A stretch of DNA of 63,657 nt, filler included, from Rozella allomycis CSF55 (lineage: Eukaryota), in NCBI GenBank assembly GCA_000442015.1. It is 5 parts of 5 records of this genome, joined end to end, with 100 filler letters (N's around TTAATTAATTAA, not from the genome) between each part and the next. Parts side by side here need not be neighbours in the genome. Positions count along the whole stretch, not along the records: positions 18,758 to 30,995 come from KE561321.1; positions 31,096 to 49,574 come from KE561326.1; 3 more parts are not named here. One strand, 5' to 3'. Below, piece by piece: positions 23,658 through 36,919 of the stretch. Both the position numbers and the translations under genes were made by a program. Positions within the stretch are counted from its first letter, which is position 1; each line of letters opens with the position of its first letter. A model generated the notes under the pieces. The model had not been told where the DNA came from. It saw only the letters and a program-made list of their open reading frames with translations, and made no database searches.

Positions 23658-25482
23658 TCATTCAATACAGGTTTGTACCGACGCTAGGACAACTTTATCT
23701 TTGCTGTAAGGATCGAAAAGACGTATTAAACTATCTCCCAAATTGTCGTTCAACGAAATATGCCCAGAAGAGGCAAACAATTTTGTTTTCTCTTGAACAG
23801 ATAATAGGTCAATGCAACATTTGCTATAATTAGATCTATTCTTAATAGTCAATATTTTTACGAGATTGAAATATAGACATCCTTTTGCCTTTTCAGTACA
23901 AAAAATTGGGAAAATATTGGATCACAACCTTCAAATTTTACGCAAATCATGTAAATAGCATTTGAAGGTATATCATCTGACAAAGAAACACATTTTATAT
24001 ACAGGGTAAAAACTTTTTTAGGGTCTGAAATGTCGTATTAACAATTTACTTTTACCCGCCACAATTTCTGGTTGATGTTTGTCAATTTGTTCCATTTGGA
24101 CAAATTGATTAGACTTTATCCTATTAATTTCTTCGTGCAAAATACAGTTTTCTGATTTTAATTCTTCTTTCTCGATTTCTAGCTGAATAAAGATCACACT
24201 GAGGATTACTGATTTAAATTGATTAATAAAGTCACAAAAACTATGATCTGTTCGAAGATTATTTGANAAATTGATTAGACTTTAGCCTATTAATTTCTTC
24301 GTGCAACATATAGTTTTCTGATTTTAATTCTTCTTTCTCGATTTCTATCTGAATAAAGATCACACTGACGATTACTGATTTGAATTGATCAATAAAGTCA
24401 CAAAAACTATGATCCGCTCGAAGATTATTTGATTCTGAAACAAATTTAAGAAAATCTTCTTCGGTGAAATATTTATTCTTCACTTCTTTTTCTACGAATT
24501 GACAAATATTCTTGTATTTTAAGATATCCAAATTTCTGTTATTTTCGTTGGCTATTCGTTTATTGTCACCTTTTATTGTCAAATACAAGGAAAACCTTTT
24601 ATTTTCAATAATTCCGCCTCAAGTGATATTATTTTCTGCTGCTTGTCGGATAGGTTTTTTGTTATTAATTGAAACTTTTTTTCATCCTCCATGACCTGAT
24701 TTTGATACCTTAGCAGTAAATCGTCACACCTTTTTTGTAGAAATTGTTTTTCGTTATTTATGGAATCTAGAAGCTCGGTTACCTAAAAAATCGATAATCT
24801 ACTATTTACGTTTTGATATGGGAACAAATCAGTGTTTTCTTTGGACAGTGTCTTTTTTGCTAGTACAAGCTAATGTAAGTTGTCATTCATGATTACTTCA
24901 GCAAGTTCTGAAGCCGAATTGTTTAATTCGTTGGACAAATGCCGGTTGAGAGTTTGTAGATGAATATTTCTTTCTTCCATAATCCGTATAGATTCTTCAA
25001 GCGAGTAGTTTTTACGTCTTAANGCAAGCTAATGTAATTTGTCATTCATGATTACTTCAGCAAGTTCTGAAGACGAATTGTTTAATTCGTTGGATAATTG
25101 CCGGTTGAGAGTTTGTAGATGAATATTTCTGTCTTCCATAATCCGTATAGATTCTTCAAGTGAGTAGTTTTTACGTCTTAAATCATCAATTTCAATTTGG
25201 TATTTAATCAATTGATTTTCCACTGCACTTTAATGAGTATTTAAGTAAACCAATACATTTGGGTTTCACTGCTTCTTTCTTTTAATTTTTGTTGTGCTTC
25301 ATTTAGCTGTGACCTTAATTGATTGGCGAGGGTTTGTCTGCCTATTAACTCATTGTCTAGGCTTTACAGTTTATATATTTGGACGTTTGTTTGCCTATGT
25401 GAGGAACGGAATATTAATACTCGGAGCATTTATCAAGTTTTGTGGGTGGAATTCTAGACCTCACAGATTGCAGCACAGGCAT
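23658..25482 (-). CDS. Uncharacterised coiled-coil protein with beta-rich (possibly C2-like) C-terminus
   Basis: Spliced frame MPVLQSVRSR...LANQLRSQLNEAQQKLKE...YQIEIDDLRRKN; interrupted by allelic duplicates at N 24267 and 25023. Confidence 0.55.
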
Positions 25483-25861
25483 AAAAAATATAAACAAAAT
25501 AAACTTAATCGTATATTTATTCGGACTTTATTTTAAACAAGTACATTGCCAAATATGAACTGGGGACCCTGGGCTCAGNATTGGCTAGGCTTTACAGTTT
25601 ATGAATTTGGACGTTTGTTTGCCTATGTGAGGAACGGAATATTAATACTCGGAGCATTTATCAAGTTTCGTTGGTGGAATTCTAGACCTCACGGATTGCA
25701 GCACAGGCATAAAAAATATAAACAAAAATAAATTTAATCGTAATTTATTCGGACTATATTTTAAACAAGCACATTGCCAAATATGAACTGGGGACCCTGG
25801 GCTCAGGGGCTGAAATTCTTCCATAAATTTCCATTCAAACAACATCAACCCCTGCAATAAA

Positions 25862-26384
25862 ATGTCTAACCCAAAAGGTAATTTTAATTCTATAAACTGA
25901 TCAAGTTTACTTTGATATGACTGCTGATAGTCAACCTATTGGAAGAATAGTCATGGAGCTTCGCGCTGATGTCGTTCCAAGAACTGCTGAAAACTTCCGT
26001 GCCTTGTGTACTGGAGAAAAGGGCTTTGGATATGCAGGATCAATTTTTCACAGAGTTATTCCACAATTTATGTGTCAAGGAGGAGACTTCACCAACCATA
26101 ACGGTACTGGTGGCAAGAGCATTTACGGAAACAAATTCCAAGATGAAAACTTTACCTTGAAGCATACCGGAGAAGGAGTTTTGTCAATGGCCAACGCTGG
26201 GCCAAATACTAACGGCTCCCAATTCTTTATTTGCACAGTCCCATGTCCATGGTTGGATGGAAAGCATGTTGTGTTTGGCAGAGTTACTGAAGGAATGGAT
26301 GTTGTTAAGAAAATTGAAAGCTTTGGATCCAGCAATGGAAAGACATCCAAGAAAATTGCCGTTGCTGCTTCTGGACAACTTTAA
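25862..26384 (+). CDS. Cyclophilin A
   Basis: [40 protein letters not shown]; one intron. Confidence 0.95.
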
Positions 26385-26403
26385 ATAAATGACATTTAAT
26401 TTA

Positions 26404-27356
26404 TTATGTGTTTACCTTTATAGATTGACATAAAGGTGGGTCATCAGTTAGGACATAATCAACCTGAAAATCAACAATCATTTCTTCCATTTCGTTTGGT
26501 TTATTCACAGTCCAGACTCCAACCTCTTTATTTATAGAATGAGCCCATCTATCATACACACATTAAAAGTAATACTCTGTGTATGTTCGATTAAATGTTC
26601 CTTTTAAAAGACTAAAAATTTGAGCTCCCTGAAATTCGTGAAAAGTTGGTGACGTCGTCTCACCGATAAAAGCAATCCGAAATTTGTCTTGAAAAATGTC
26701 ATGGGCATTTTTAAAAAACATGAAATCCCACACACCTATAATAATGATTGGTTTTAACCTTTCCAATGCTCTAANGCGTCTCACCGATAAAAGCAATCCG
26801 AAATTTGCCTTGAAAAATGTCATAGGCATTTTTAAAAAACATGATATCCCACACACCTATAATAATGATTGGTTTTAACCTTTCCAATGCTCTAATTCCG
26901 AGTGAATCCACTATGGTATTGATGGCGGTTAAGATATTCAAAGAATTATCATTTTTTACATCTAGGATAACAGTACATTCCTTCTGGTGACTATACAATA
27001 TCCAAATTAACAAATCAATGAGGAGAGGAACACTCTCGCTTTCGCCCGCTTTTAGATATTCAACATACCCTTTATAAGTAGATCGGTTTACAAGTCCAGT
27101 TCCATTTGTTGTTCGTTCTAGACTCTACTTTGCAATTACGTTAATAGAGTACCAAGTCATGCATAAGAATTACGAAATTGTCCTTTGTGAGGCGCAAGTC
27201 CATTTCAATGCCACTACCATTGTTCATCAATGCTTCTTTCATTGACATCATTGTGTTTTCAGGATACTTTGATGAATATCCTCTGTGACCTACACATTTA
27301 GCGCTACTCACAGCTTTATACAAAGAGAAGAATACATAAAATAGAATGAGACACAT
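26404..27356 (-). CDS. Glycerophosphodiester phosphodiesterase with signal peptide
   Basis: GHRGYSSKYPENT, EMDLRLTKD..ILMHD, WTVN, VLTDDP; allelic duplicate at N 26775. Confidence 0.9.
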
Positions 27357-27388
27357 TATTTTGTAAATTTCGATTGGATTTTATTATC

Positions 27389-28816
27389 TTAGATTCCTTT
27401 CACCATTCTCGCATAGAGGTTTTTTTGTTTTAATTCAAAAGCGGCTTTGAGTTTTTTAGCATTTTCAATCTCAACGCATATACCTTTATCTTCAAGATCT
27501 AATTCTCTTGCTTTTTCTAATGTCTCAAAAGATTCATCAAACTCATTAAGTGCCGCGAGTGCTGAACCTAAATAAATGCAATACAAACAGCATACCAAGT
27601 CTGAACATCGCCTTTACATTTTTTGAATCTATTTCTAATGCTTTTTTACAAGCAGTTTTGACTTTTATAAAGTCCTTGACTTTCAGGCAACAAGCAGCGA
27701 TGTTTAGCAAAATGGACAGTTTCAACGACTCAAATTGTTTCTTTTCATTTTCATCTTCAACACCCCANGTCTTAGATTCCTTTTACCATTCTTGCATAGA
27801 GGTTTTTTTGTTTTAATTCAAGAGCGGCTTTGAGTTTTTTAGCATTTTCAATCTCAACAAATATACCTTTATCTTCAGGATCTAATTCTCTTGCTTTTTC
27901 TAATGTTTTAAAAGATTCATCAAACTCATTAAGTGCTGCGAGAGCCGAACCTAAATAATTGTATTACAAAAAGCATACCGAGTCTGAATGTCGCCTTTAC
28001 ATTTTTTGAATCTATTTCTAATGCTTTTTTGCAAACAGTTTTGACTTTTATAAAGTCCTTGACTTTAAGGCAACAAGCAGCTATGTTTAACAAAATGGAT
28101 AGTTTCAACGACTCAAATTGTTTCTTTTCATTTTCATCTTCAACACCCCATGTACTTTCTACATATTTCAACCCTTTTTCGTAAAAATTCAAAGCTGACA
28201 CATATTTTTGTGCTTTAAACTTTTCATTGCCCAATAACTTTCTATCAGTGGCAAATTTTATTTTATCAGCATTCGTGTCAGCAATTTTCTCGTAATCAAT
28301 CAACTCTACCTCAAATTTCAAAGTAGAGTTTGGAGGGATTTTAGGAGGAGATCCACTNGTGGTGTCAGCAATTTTCTCGTAATCAATCAATTCCACCTCA
28401 AATTTCAAAGTAGAGTTTGGAGGGATTTTAGGAGGAGATCCACTTGCACCATAAGCATATTCAGGTGTGCATATTAGCTCAGAAATTTCACCAACCCTCA
28501 TTGTTGAGACACCTTGATCCCATCCTAGAATTAAATTGTAGTCATGCACATGCCTTTTATGACTTGTCCTTTCCCAATCTTGAATGTGAAGGGATCATTC
28601 CTGTCCCGACTTGAGTCGAATTTTTGACCATCTAATAGAGTTCCTACGTAGTGAACTTTTCTTAAGCATCTTTTATATATGTGTACCGTATACTTCAGTA
28701 TTTGGTTCTACCAACGGTCCAGCCCCCTCGCGTATTACTTTCTTGAATAATCCTTTGTCCTCAGTCAAAGTTTCATAACCAACAAATTCATTAGCATTAA
28801 ACTCAGTTGTCGTCAT
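27389..28816 (-). CDS. FKBP-type PPIase with TPR domain (FKBP4/5-like co-chaperone)
   Basis: [52 protein letters not shown], then TPRs; duplicated allelic pieces at N 27768 and 28358. Confidence 0.9.
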
Positions 28817-28925
28817 AAAATAGAATATTCTCGAATCTAAAAAGCCACAATACAATTTTATCTTGTTTAAGCCATAAAAAACTATTATTGAACATACTTT
28901 ATTTTTTTAATTCATCATCTCAGGC

Positions 28926-29736
28926 CTAGAAATCTTTCTTTTTGACGGCCATGTCATCTTCCATTTTTTTGAGAATCGTTTCAAAGATTTTCTTTATTTC
29001 CTTTTCCACCCTTTTCTGATCATCAAGAGTAAAAGCTGGTTTGATTTCTTTGACTTTTTTGAGCATTTTCTGCTCATGGGATTTTAATTGAATTTTATGC
29101 TTGTCAAATAAAGCTTTCACATTTTTAAACATTGCCTCCCTATATTCTTTATTCATTCTATTAAGTTAATAAAATTCATTTACTTTGGAACAGGGACAGC
29201 AATAGTTTTAGCATCACGCATCGAAGGCACTATATTTAACTTTGCCTCAATTAAGGATTTATAGATTAATTTTGTATTCTGTGTTTACAGACAATAACTT
29301 TTACCTTTTCGTCAAATACCTTGATGAGCAAAAGATCATGATCTTTAACCAAGACCTGGGCTATCTTACAAAGCGAGTGAAAATGACCATCATCAAGTCT
29401 GACTTCAATAAAATCCAAAAATGTAGGAGCTGCCTTGGCAATTACAAACTTTGTCAACTGTTTCTTGTATACCATATAGTCTTTCATGAAGCAATCTTCG
29501 ACATGCTGAAAATTAAAAGAATTGAAGGAAACAGTCTTAGCGTCAGGCTTGAAAAATATATTCAATAAATTATCTTCATAAGAATCTGAAACTGATTGGT
29601 CTTTTTTCGCCTTTTTAGAATAATTGCACACTCTGAGTAAATTTATGCTGCATGCTATACGGTCATGAGATTTCATTAATCCACTGTAAAAAGTGGATAC
29701 AGTATTTGCCCGTATTTGACAAAGTCGTGGTAGCAT
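28926..29736 (-). CDS. Mitochondrial ribosome recycling factor
   Basis: PTFLDFIEV...LCKIAQV...IKVFDEK, VPVPKMNKEYRE, helical C-terminus ending KKKDF; two introns. Confidence 0.7.
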
Positions 29737-29886
29737 TAAATATTTGTTCAATTAAGGAAATTGCTCAAAAATTTAAAAACTTGTAGCGGTCATTCCTGCA
29801 AAATTAAGCGTAATCATTCATTAGATAGACTAATACAAAAGTAAGCCGACTTTCATGGAACTTTGTAAAAATCGTTAATACTTTGA

Positions 29887-30265
29887 ATGACAAAAAGCGG
29901 ACATTATTTGCACCATCTTCCCTGTAAAATAGAGTATAACGGCGAGGCTGATATTTCAAACTATTTTGTTATCAACGATAAACTAGGTACTTGAGTCTTT
30001 ATTGTATAATCAGAAACATCGTTCAGAGGCCGTAAATTAGTAGGAAAAAATATTGTTGTTGAAGGGAAATCTCTTCAAGTTTGTAAAGATTTTGAGAATA
30101 AGATTGAAGTTCTCTCAAATTGTTCTAGTTACACAATTTGGTCTCACGACTATATGGATGCGAACCACCCTCATGTCTTGGCTCTTAAATTACTAAATGC
30201 TTCGGAAAAGGTAATTTAATATATTCCATTCAACGTAGTTGAAAATTGCTTGTCGAGACATTTGA
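29887..30265 (+). CDS. RNASEH2C: RNase H2 subunit C
   Basis: Spliced: MTKSGHYLHHLPCKIEYNGEADISNYF...ETSFRGRKLVG...IWSHD; absent from the ORF track. Confidence 0.85.
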
Positions 30266-30417
30266 CATTGAAGAAATACTCTTGTTAAACACTAAAAAAT
30301 AAATTATTGCCACTCCATTTTTTGCAGCCTAGTATTATTATAACGATTTATTAAGATACTTCTAAGGTAACTATTTTAAGGACTTTCGGATTAGCTTCCA
30401 AACGCCAGCCACAAAGA

Positions 30418-30826
30418 ATGAGAAGCAAATTCAAAGATGAGACAACATTTGGTAATCATTGCTCATTATATAGATTAAGACAAGAGACATGAAGAATCAG
30501 AACGAATACGTCAAAAATACCCTGATCGTGTCCCGGTAATCGACATTTAGCAATTGGAAGAGGTTATTTGTGAGCGGGCTGAAAAAACAGATGTTCCATT
30601 AATTGATAAGAAAAAGTACCTGGTCCCTGCTGATCTTACAGTTGGTCAATTTGTATATGTTATTCGGAAAAGGATCAAACTCTCTCCTGAAAAAGCTATC
30701 TTTATATTTGTGAACAATGTACTGCCACCTACAGCCGCATTAATGTCCACGGTGTATGAGGAACACAAAGATGAAGATGGTTTTCTTTATGTTACGTACT
30801 CTGGTGAAAATACCTTTGGAGTATAA
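30418..30826 (+). CDS. ATG8: Autophagy ubiquitin-like protein Atg8
   Basis: [39 protein letters not shown]; two introns. Confidence 0.97.
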
Positions 30827-31451
30827 TAAATGTTTATTGAAAATTGTTTGCAAGAAGTCTTATTTTTTCATCCTTGATTTTACCAAGATTATTCTAATGA
30901 TAGCTTTATGTTATTTTTACCAATTTTTGTTCGGTCTGAAGTACTTTTAATCTTGCCAAAGAATTGTCCTATTTAGAAAGGAAAAAATATGCTTTNNNNN
31001 NNNNNNNNNNNNNNNNNNNNNNNNNNNNNNNNNNNNNNNTTAATTAATTAANNNNNNNNNNNNNNNNNNNNNNNNNNNNNNNNNNNNNNNNNNNNAATCC
31101 ATACTAAAAGAAACCAATTTATTAATTTTAAGAGAAGTACTATATCTTGTTTATTGTCATCTTGGTTATCAGCTCCTGTGTCTTCACCGACAACATCTTC
31201 GTTCTTTAGTTCTTCTTATCTTAGTAATTACCCTTCCTTTATTTCATGAATAAGTATCAATTCTCAATTCGCTTAATCGGGCTTGAAATTGATCTTATAA
31301 GAACAACCAATTCGAGTAAGAATTAAGATCAGAGTGTTTGAAAAGCCGGAAACGCAATTTATAAATATATCTATTTCAACTTCTTAAAAAAGGAAAACCT
31401 CATTTATTACTTTTAAGAGTAAACTCCCAGTCCGATAAAGAATAGATTTAT

Positions 31452-32627
31452 TCAATCAATTAGTATTCGTTTGAGAATTTGCGCTTTTCGTTGGTGATCG
31501 ATTGGGGTTTTGTCCAAGCTATTTTCTTTCACAGTATATAGTTCGGAGGGTTGAGTTTTTAAGAGCTTCGGTAGAATTATATTGCCAGGTCTTAATAAAG
31601 AAGTGTAATGAGATCGATAATCCACTCTGGAAAAGGTAAAGTCCACCAATCGATTTGGGAATTCTCGTATTAAAGGATCATAATCAGCTTTAACTTTTAT
31701 AATGTCACCTTTAGATATAAAATCATCTCCGTAATATTTTTTAACTATATAATCATTCTATTAACTGAGTACTAAGGTCGTTGTAAACTGTCGTTTCTTG
31801 TATATCTACCTTATCCACTTCTGAATCTACTATATTTTCAAAATGCAGCCCGCACAAGTACATTAATCTTCTCTGTAACGATCGCACCATCAAATCTTCC
31901 ACCAAATATGATGTACAATAAACATCAGTAAATGGGTGTGATAGATTCAGCTCATTTATCGCCTTTTCTATAACTTTCTTTTCAATCGTTTTAATATCCA
32001 TTTGATCTTTTCGTGTAAACACAATCGTTAATATGAAATTGAGAGTATTACTATTATTGGCAATTTTGTTCTCTTCAGGTGACTAAAGACATCCCAATCT
32101 AGCTCTGAGGTTTTCAAATCTATTGGCAGCACGAAAACAATGCATCGAAGCCTATTTAGCCAACTTATTGGGGATACTTGACAGATAAACTTGTATACTC
32201 CAGCACAAGATCTTTCCATTGGTTGATAGTATCCTTCGAATATCCTGGTGTGTCGACAAAGCTAAATATTGGATTTGATATACCAACGTCAAAGATATTT
32301 AAATACCTTGTGGAGCTCTATTTTCGCCAATTTTATCACTTACGTCCAAATTTGATGTTGTCACTCGAAATTTGTATCTGAATAAGTTGCGAAGAAGAGA
32401 TGACTTGCCTGATTTCCAAGGCCCGACAACAATTATCTAACTTGGTGAAAGTACACCCTTACTTCATCCGTTGAATTGTGACTTTTGTACGCGTGATAAC
32501 CAGGCTGGTAACTGCTCATTGCCATGTGAAATCTAATTATTCTCGTGAATAATCTTTTCGCCTGTGCCAATTCCCTTAACGATGGATACCAACGCATCCA
32601 TGTATTTTCTACGAGTATTTGAGGCAT
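31452..32627 (-). CDS. EngB/YihA-like GTPase (GTPBP8/Mrx8-like)
   Basis: G1 GPWKSGKSS, G3 FVDTPGY, G4 IVFTRKD; five introns, one needing a CG acceptor. Confidence 0.75.
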
Positions 32628-32964
32628 TGTGGTAGCTTAGCCACTACGATAATTTCAAAATTCAAATTCAAATAGCATGTGTTAATGAAAATTGTTCTGC
32701 GTAATTTCATGACAGAGGGAGTTTGAGTGAAGCGCTATTATTTGAATAATGCATGGTTCATTAAAATAGTTTGTTGCCTGTAACTAAATTGAAAGAAATG
32801 CTAAAATCCGTTTGTATAAGTAAAATGTATTCTATTTTTCATGATTACGTAATACTTCCATTTTCTATAACTAAATTGATCTAAAATCTCATTAATCTCA
32901 AGCACGTGAATATCTTTAGAAATTTGAAATTTCGAACACTATTGATCTGGTCTAGACTCTTGAC

Positions 32965-33276
32965 ATGACATTTCAACATGATAGATATGTAAACGAAGAA
33001 CCACAAAAACGCCAAAAGTTTATTTTTGTGTTCAGCAATATTTCATTTTTACATTTACCAATGTCACCAACAGCACCTGATCAATCCCAGCATTCCCCAA
33101 GCGAATTTACGCCAAGACAAAAAGGCCCTCTACGAAGAAGCCTTTTTGGTCCGATATCTGATGAAACAAGGATACTTCTTTCGGAATTTTCAAAGCAATA
33201 TGTATCTCAAATCTCTGATATCTCTGATAAAGATCAAAACAAATCATCTATGCCTGCAGACGCTGTAATCAAATAA
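32965..33276 (+). CDS. Small hypothetical protein with an RxLFGP motif
   Basis: Isolated ORF whose stop lies in AATAAA; alternative ATG at 33061; SP/TP sites. Confidence 0.5.
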   Translation: MTFQHDRYVNEEPQKRQKFIFVFSNISFLHLPMSPTAPDQSQHSPSEFTPRQKGPLRRSLFGPISDETRILLSEFSKQYVSQISDISDKDQNKSSMPADAVIK

Positions 33277-33615
33277 ATGCATTTATTAATCCTATTCCTT
33301 TTAATTAAATTATAAGTACGGTTGGGCAGAATTTTGAACTGGCTAAAATTTGCGAAAAGAATACAATGCGTCATGCGTGAATATTGAATAAATAATAATA
33401 ACATAAAAAGGCAAAGACCTTAAATTCCACAAAGGCTGGTAGGATATATCGTGGCCGTTGATCACCTGGCATGGCGGGACGGCGATAGTAATCCGAGAAA
33501 ATTTCGAGATAGATGTTTTGCAAATATTATTTACGCATTATATTAATAATATTATATGAAAAAAACAAAAAAGTCGACCATTGCCCTTTTGGTAAAATTA
33601 CTTTGCCACTCTTAT

Positions 33616-34482
33616 ATGGTGAAACCTATTGCGCCTATCGCAGACGCTATATCCCGTGTCTCTTCAAGTAACAATTTTTTCAATGACGGGAGAAAAATTG
33701 TCTGCGTTGCTCGAAATTACAAGTAACCAAAAGGCAAAGATATATAGCAACTAGGTCCCATTGCCAAGAAACAGGAAAGCCTATACCTGAAAAACCAATA
33801 TTCTTTTTGAAACCGCCATCCAGTATGGTAATGTTTCCTCGCCCAATATTAATACCTGAAGATACATTGGTCGAGCATGAAGTGGAATTTGGAGTTGTCA
33901 TGGGTAGAACAGCCAGAAATATTCCAGAAGACCATGCAATGAATTACGTTCGTGGTATGTTTTATTTAGACGTTGAAAAGGATATACCTTGGCAATTGAT
34001 GTGACTGCTAGAAAGATGCAGCGAGAATTAGCGAAAGAAGGTCTACCATGGACCATAGCCAAAGGAATGGACACCTTTTGCCCAGTTACGTAATTTTTTT
34101 AGCTATCTTTGTCGAAGAAAACTTATCGATGTTAGCGAAATTCCAGATCCACAAAATGTAAACTTTGAGCTTTACGTATGTGGAATCCATTTTTAATAAT
34201 AGGTGAATAATGTGCTACAGCAAACGGGCAACACATCTCAGATGATTTTTCCAATTACAAAATTGATTAGTGAAGCATCAAAGTATATGACACTTCAGAA
34301 AAACGATTTAATGTTGACAGGTACAATTTGATGAATTAATTGACGTAGGTACACCGAGTGGTGTTGGTCCACTGAGGATCGGCGATAGAGTGAAAATCGC
34401 ATTGAACATTGATCAAGCACATTCAGAGTTTTTCTGTGTACCTTTTCCTACAAAGCATCAAGGTTATGTTCAATTTAAATAA
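33616..34482 (+). CDS. Fumarylacetoacetate hydrolase-domain protein (FAHD1-like)
   Basis: KIVCVARNY, PIFFLKPPSS, HEVEFGVV, DVTAR, WTIAKGMDTFCP, LTGTPSGVG; five introns. Confidence 0.92.
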
Positions 34483-34893
34483 ATGTTATATATTATTAAA
34501 TCCTTTGTGTTCAAGTAAATTGGGATATTTTAAGTCATTCATTCAAATATATAACATAAATACTAGGATACATTTATGAATAATGTACAAGATCTATATG
34601 TTTATTATTTGCTTCCGTCTGATTAAAGGAATTAGCGTGTCATGGGAGATCACAGCCACAAAAAGACCCTGGTCACCTTTTTCGAAGATTGTATTAGCAC
34701 AGAAAACATGAATGCAAGTGGACAGCAATATTACTTTACAGTCGGAGAGGAAGCTATTATTAAAGTGAAGTCAATACCGTAAGAATAACACGATTTGTTC
34801 CAAGTTTAGGTAAATTAATTTTGTAAAACCAAAAAAGATATCATTGCAAAATCGTATCAGTCCTTCCTAGGAAAGAACTGAATAACAATTATN

Positions 34894-36208
34894 CTTGCAA
34901 TGTTTTTCCTTTGCTGAAATTAACAAATTCCAGCCAATTCTTTTTTTCAGAAACTACTTTATGAATTAAGCGTTTCCTTTCATCCAAAGTATCGTCAATC
35001 AAACATTTTCCGTTAATCAAAAGTATATCAAAAATTATAAAGCAAGGGTGAACGGAATCCTCACTATCATTTAGAGCTGCAGTCTTTAAGGTTCCAAAGG
35101 GCAGAATTTCTCCTTTGTTTTCATCCATCACTACCATTTCTCCATCTAAAATCGCACTAATTAATTGAAATCGATAATTTTACTTTTCCACTTTATCGTT
35201 AAACAATTCATGAATTTTCTTTGTCAAGGACCCATCTGATTTGGTGGCGCCATACAAAAATGTATAATCCGTTCCATTTCTACTCCAATATTTATATTCG
35301 TCTCCATTTTTATGAAGCTGTATTCGTTCTCCATCAAGTTTAGTTTCAATATAAAACTCTTCATTACTCATCAGCTCTATAACCTTTTCAAATTCCTCTC
35401 TGTCAGCCAACATTGGTTTAAAAGGTTGAAATATTTGAAGCGCATTCGTCAAATATCGCTTGGAAGGATCATTCAGTGTTTCAACCAGCTGCTTCAAATC
35501 AGAACAAACATAGTAATACTCAACTGCATCAACATGATAACTTTTCAATATCGTTTTTTCACTCACGCCAAGTTTCAAGTCTTTTAAAATAATTCTTATA
35601 ATCCAAGAAAGTTCAGTTGCTGTTAAACTTCTAATCATTCTCGTAAACACTTCTCGTCTTTATTCATTGAAAAATCATATAAATACTTTTCGGATGATTC
35701 ATTAAGTTCATTTAATAAATTATCAACATCTTCCAAGTCCAACTTTGATTCAACTACATTTCTTTGAGCAATAATTGGTTTCGCTACACCGGCAAAATCA
35801 TTAACACCCTTGAATTTCAAAAAAAACTCAATTTTCGTACTTTGTTTATAAATTTTTTCCAATTCTTTAACACAAAAGCATCTTGAGAGCTTTTTGCTAT
35901 CGACAATGTGTCAACAATAACATCCCCTAGTTTTGACTCTTTCATTCCATAACCCGATCTCTCTTTATCCAGCTGCATTTATGACTCCTCAAAGTATTAC
36001 TTGCGGTAACAAAAGTCGCATCAACAAATACATATTTTTACATTCTTGAATTCGTATATTCTAAAAGACAATCATAAAAATTCAATACTTGAATTAACTG
36101 ATTCACTAGTGATCTACGCTGGTCGACTTTAGATGTCTTTTTAATGGAATCCAAAACCTGAACAAAATTTGAAAATTTCATTAAAAATTTTACACGGCGA
36201 TTGGACAT
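34894..36208 (-). CDS. LIG4: DNA ligase IV, 3' part lost at N 34893
   Basis: LDKERSGYGMKE, WIIRIILKDLKLG, KPMLA, ETKLDGERIQLHK, WSRNGTDYTFLYG, ILDGEM. Confidence 0.9.
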
Positions 36209-36278
36209 GTGTAATCAAATATCAATCTTTTAATCGACTATAATTGCATTTTATTTAATTCTTATTTTATTTCAGTAT

Positions 36279-36865
36279 TTATTCCTCTAAAGGGTATGCT
36301 TTTAAAATAAATACATCTTCAAGTGGACGGTCACTACTAAATACATGATAAATAACTTACTTGGAATCAGTTGGAACAAGACCAAGACGTTGGATCACTT
36401 TCATGCCAGAATACACTCTACCAAAAATTGTATGCTTTCCTATCAATTAAAAAGATATCAAAATACCATCCAGCCAAGGGGTAGGCGCCAATGTAATGAA
36501 AAATTGAGAACCATTTGTATTTGGTCCGGCATTTGCCATGGATAAAATACCAGCTCCAGTGTGCTTCAATGAAGATTGAATTTCATCCTCAAAAGTTTCA
36601 CTATTTCAATTCATTCCTCTATTTTACCCGTATATGGAAGAACCCCCTCTTCCAGTACCTGTAGGATCTCCTCCTTGAATCATGAAATTCTAATTTAATG
36701 CTGCTTTCATAAAATTACATGAATGATACGGTGAAACTTTGTATTGTTATAGTATCCTTTCTTTGCAAGCTCATAAAAATTCTTGCAAGTCCTAGGAGCC
36801 TCGTCTACATACAGCTCCAATACAAAATTTCCTGTCGATGTTTCTACAACTACTTTTTGAGACAT
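36279..36865 (-). CDS. PPIL1: Spliceosomal cyclophilin PPIL1-like
   Basis: [49 protein letters not shown]; four introns. Confidence 0.9.
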
Positions 36866-36919
36866 AGGTACAAGCCACAGGTAATGTAAAAGTAGCTTTA
36901 AGCCGCAAAGTTTATTCTA

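Noticed and set aside
33420-33510. GC-rich intergenic patch with ACCTGGCATG (U1-like)
   Set aside because: Lacks ACTTACC and a clear Sm site; no ncRNA can be supported without a covariance search.
5674-36865. Three cyclophilins plus an FKBP as a PPIase cluster
   Set aside because: Different ancient subfamilies spread over 31 kb among unrelated genes.
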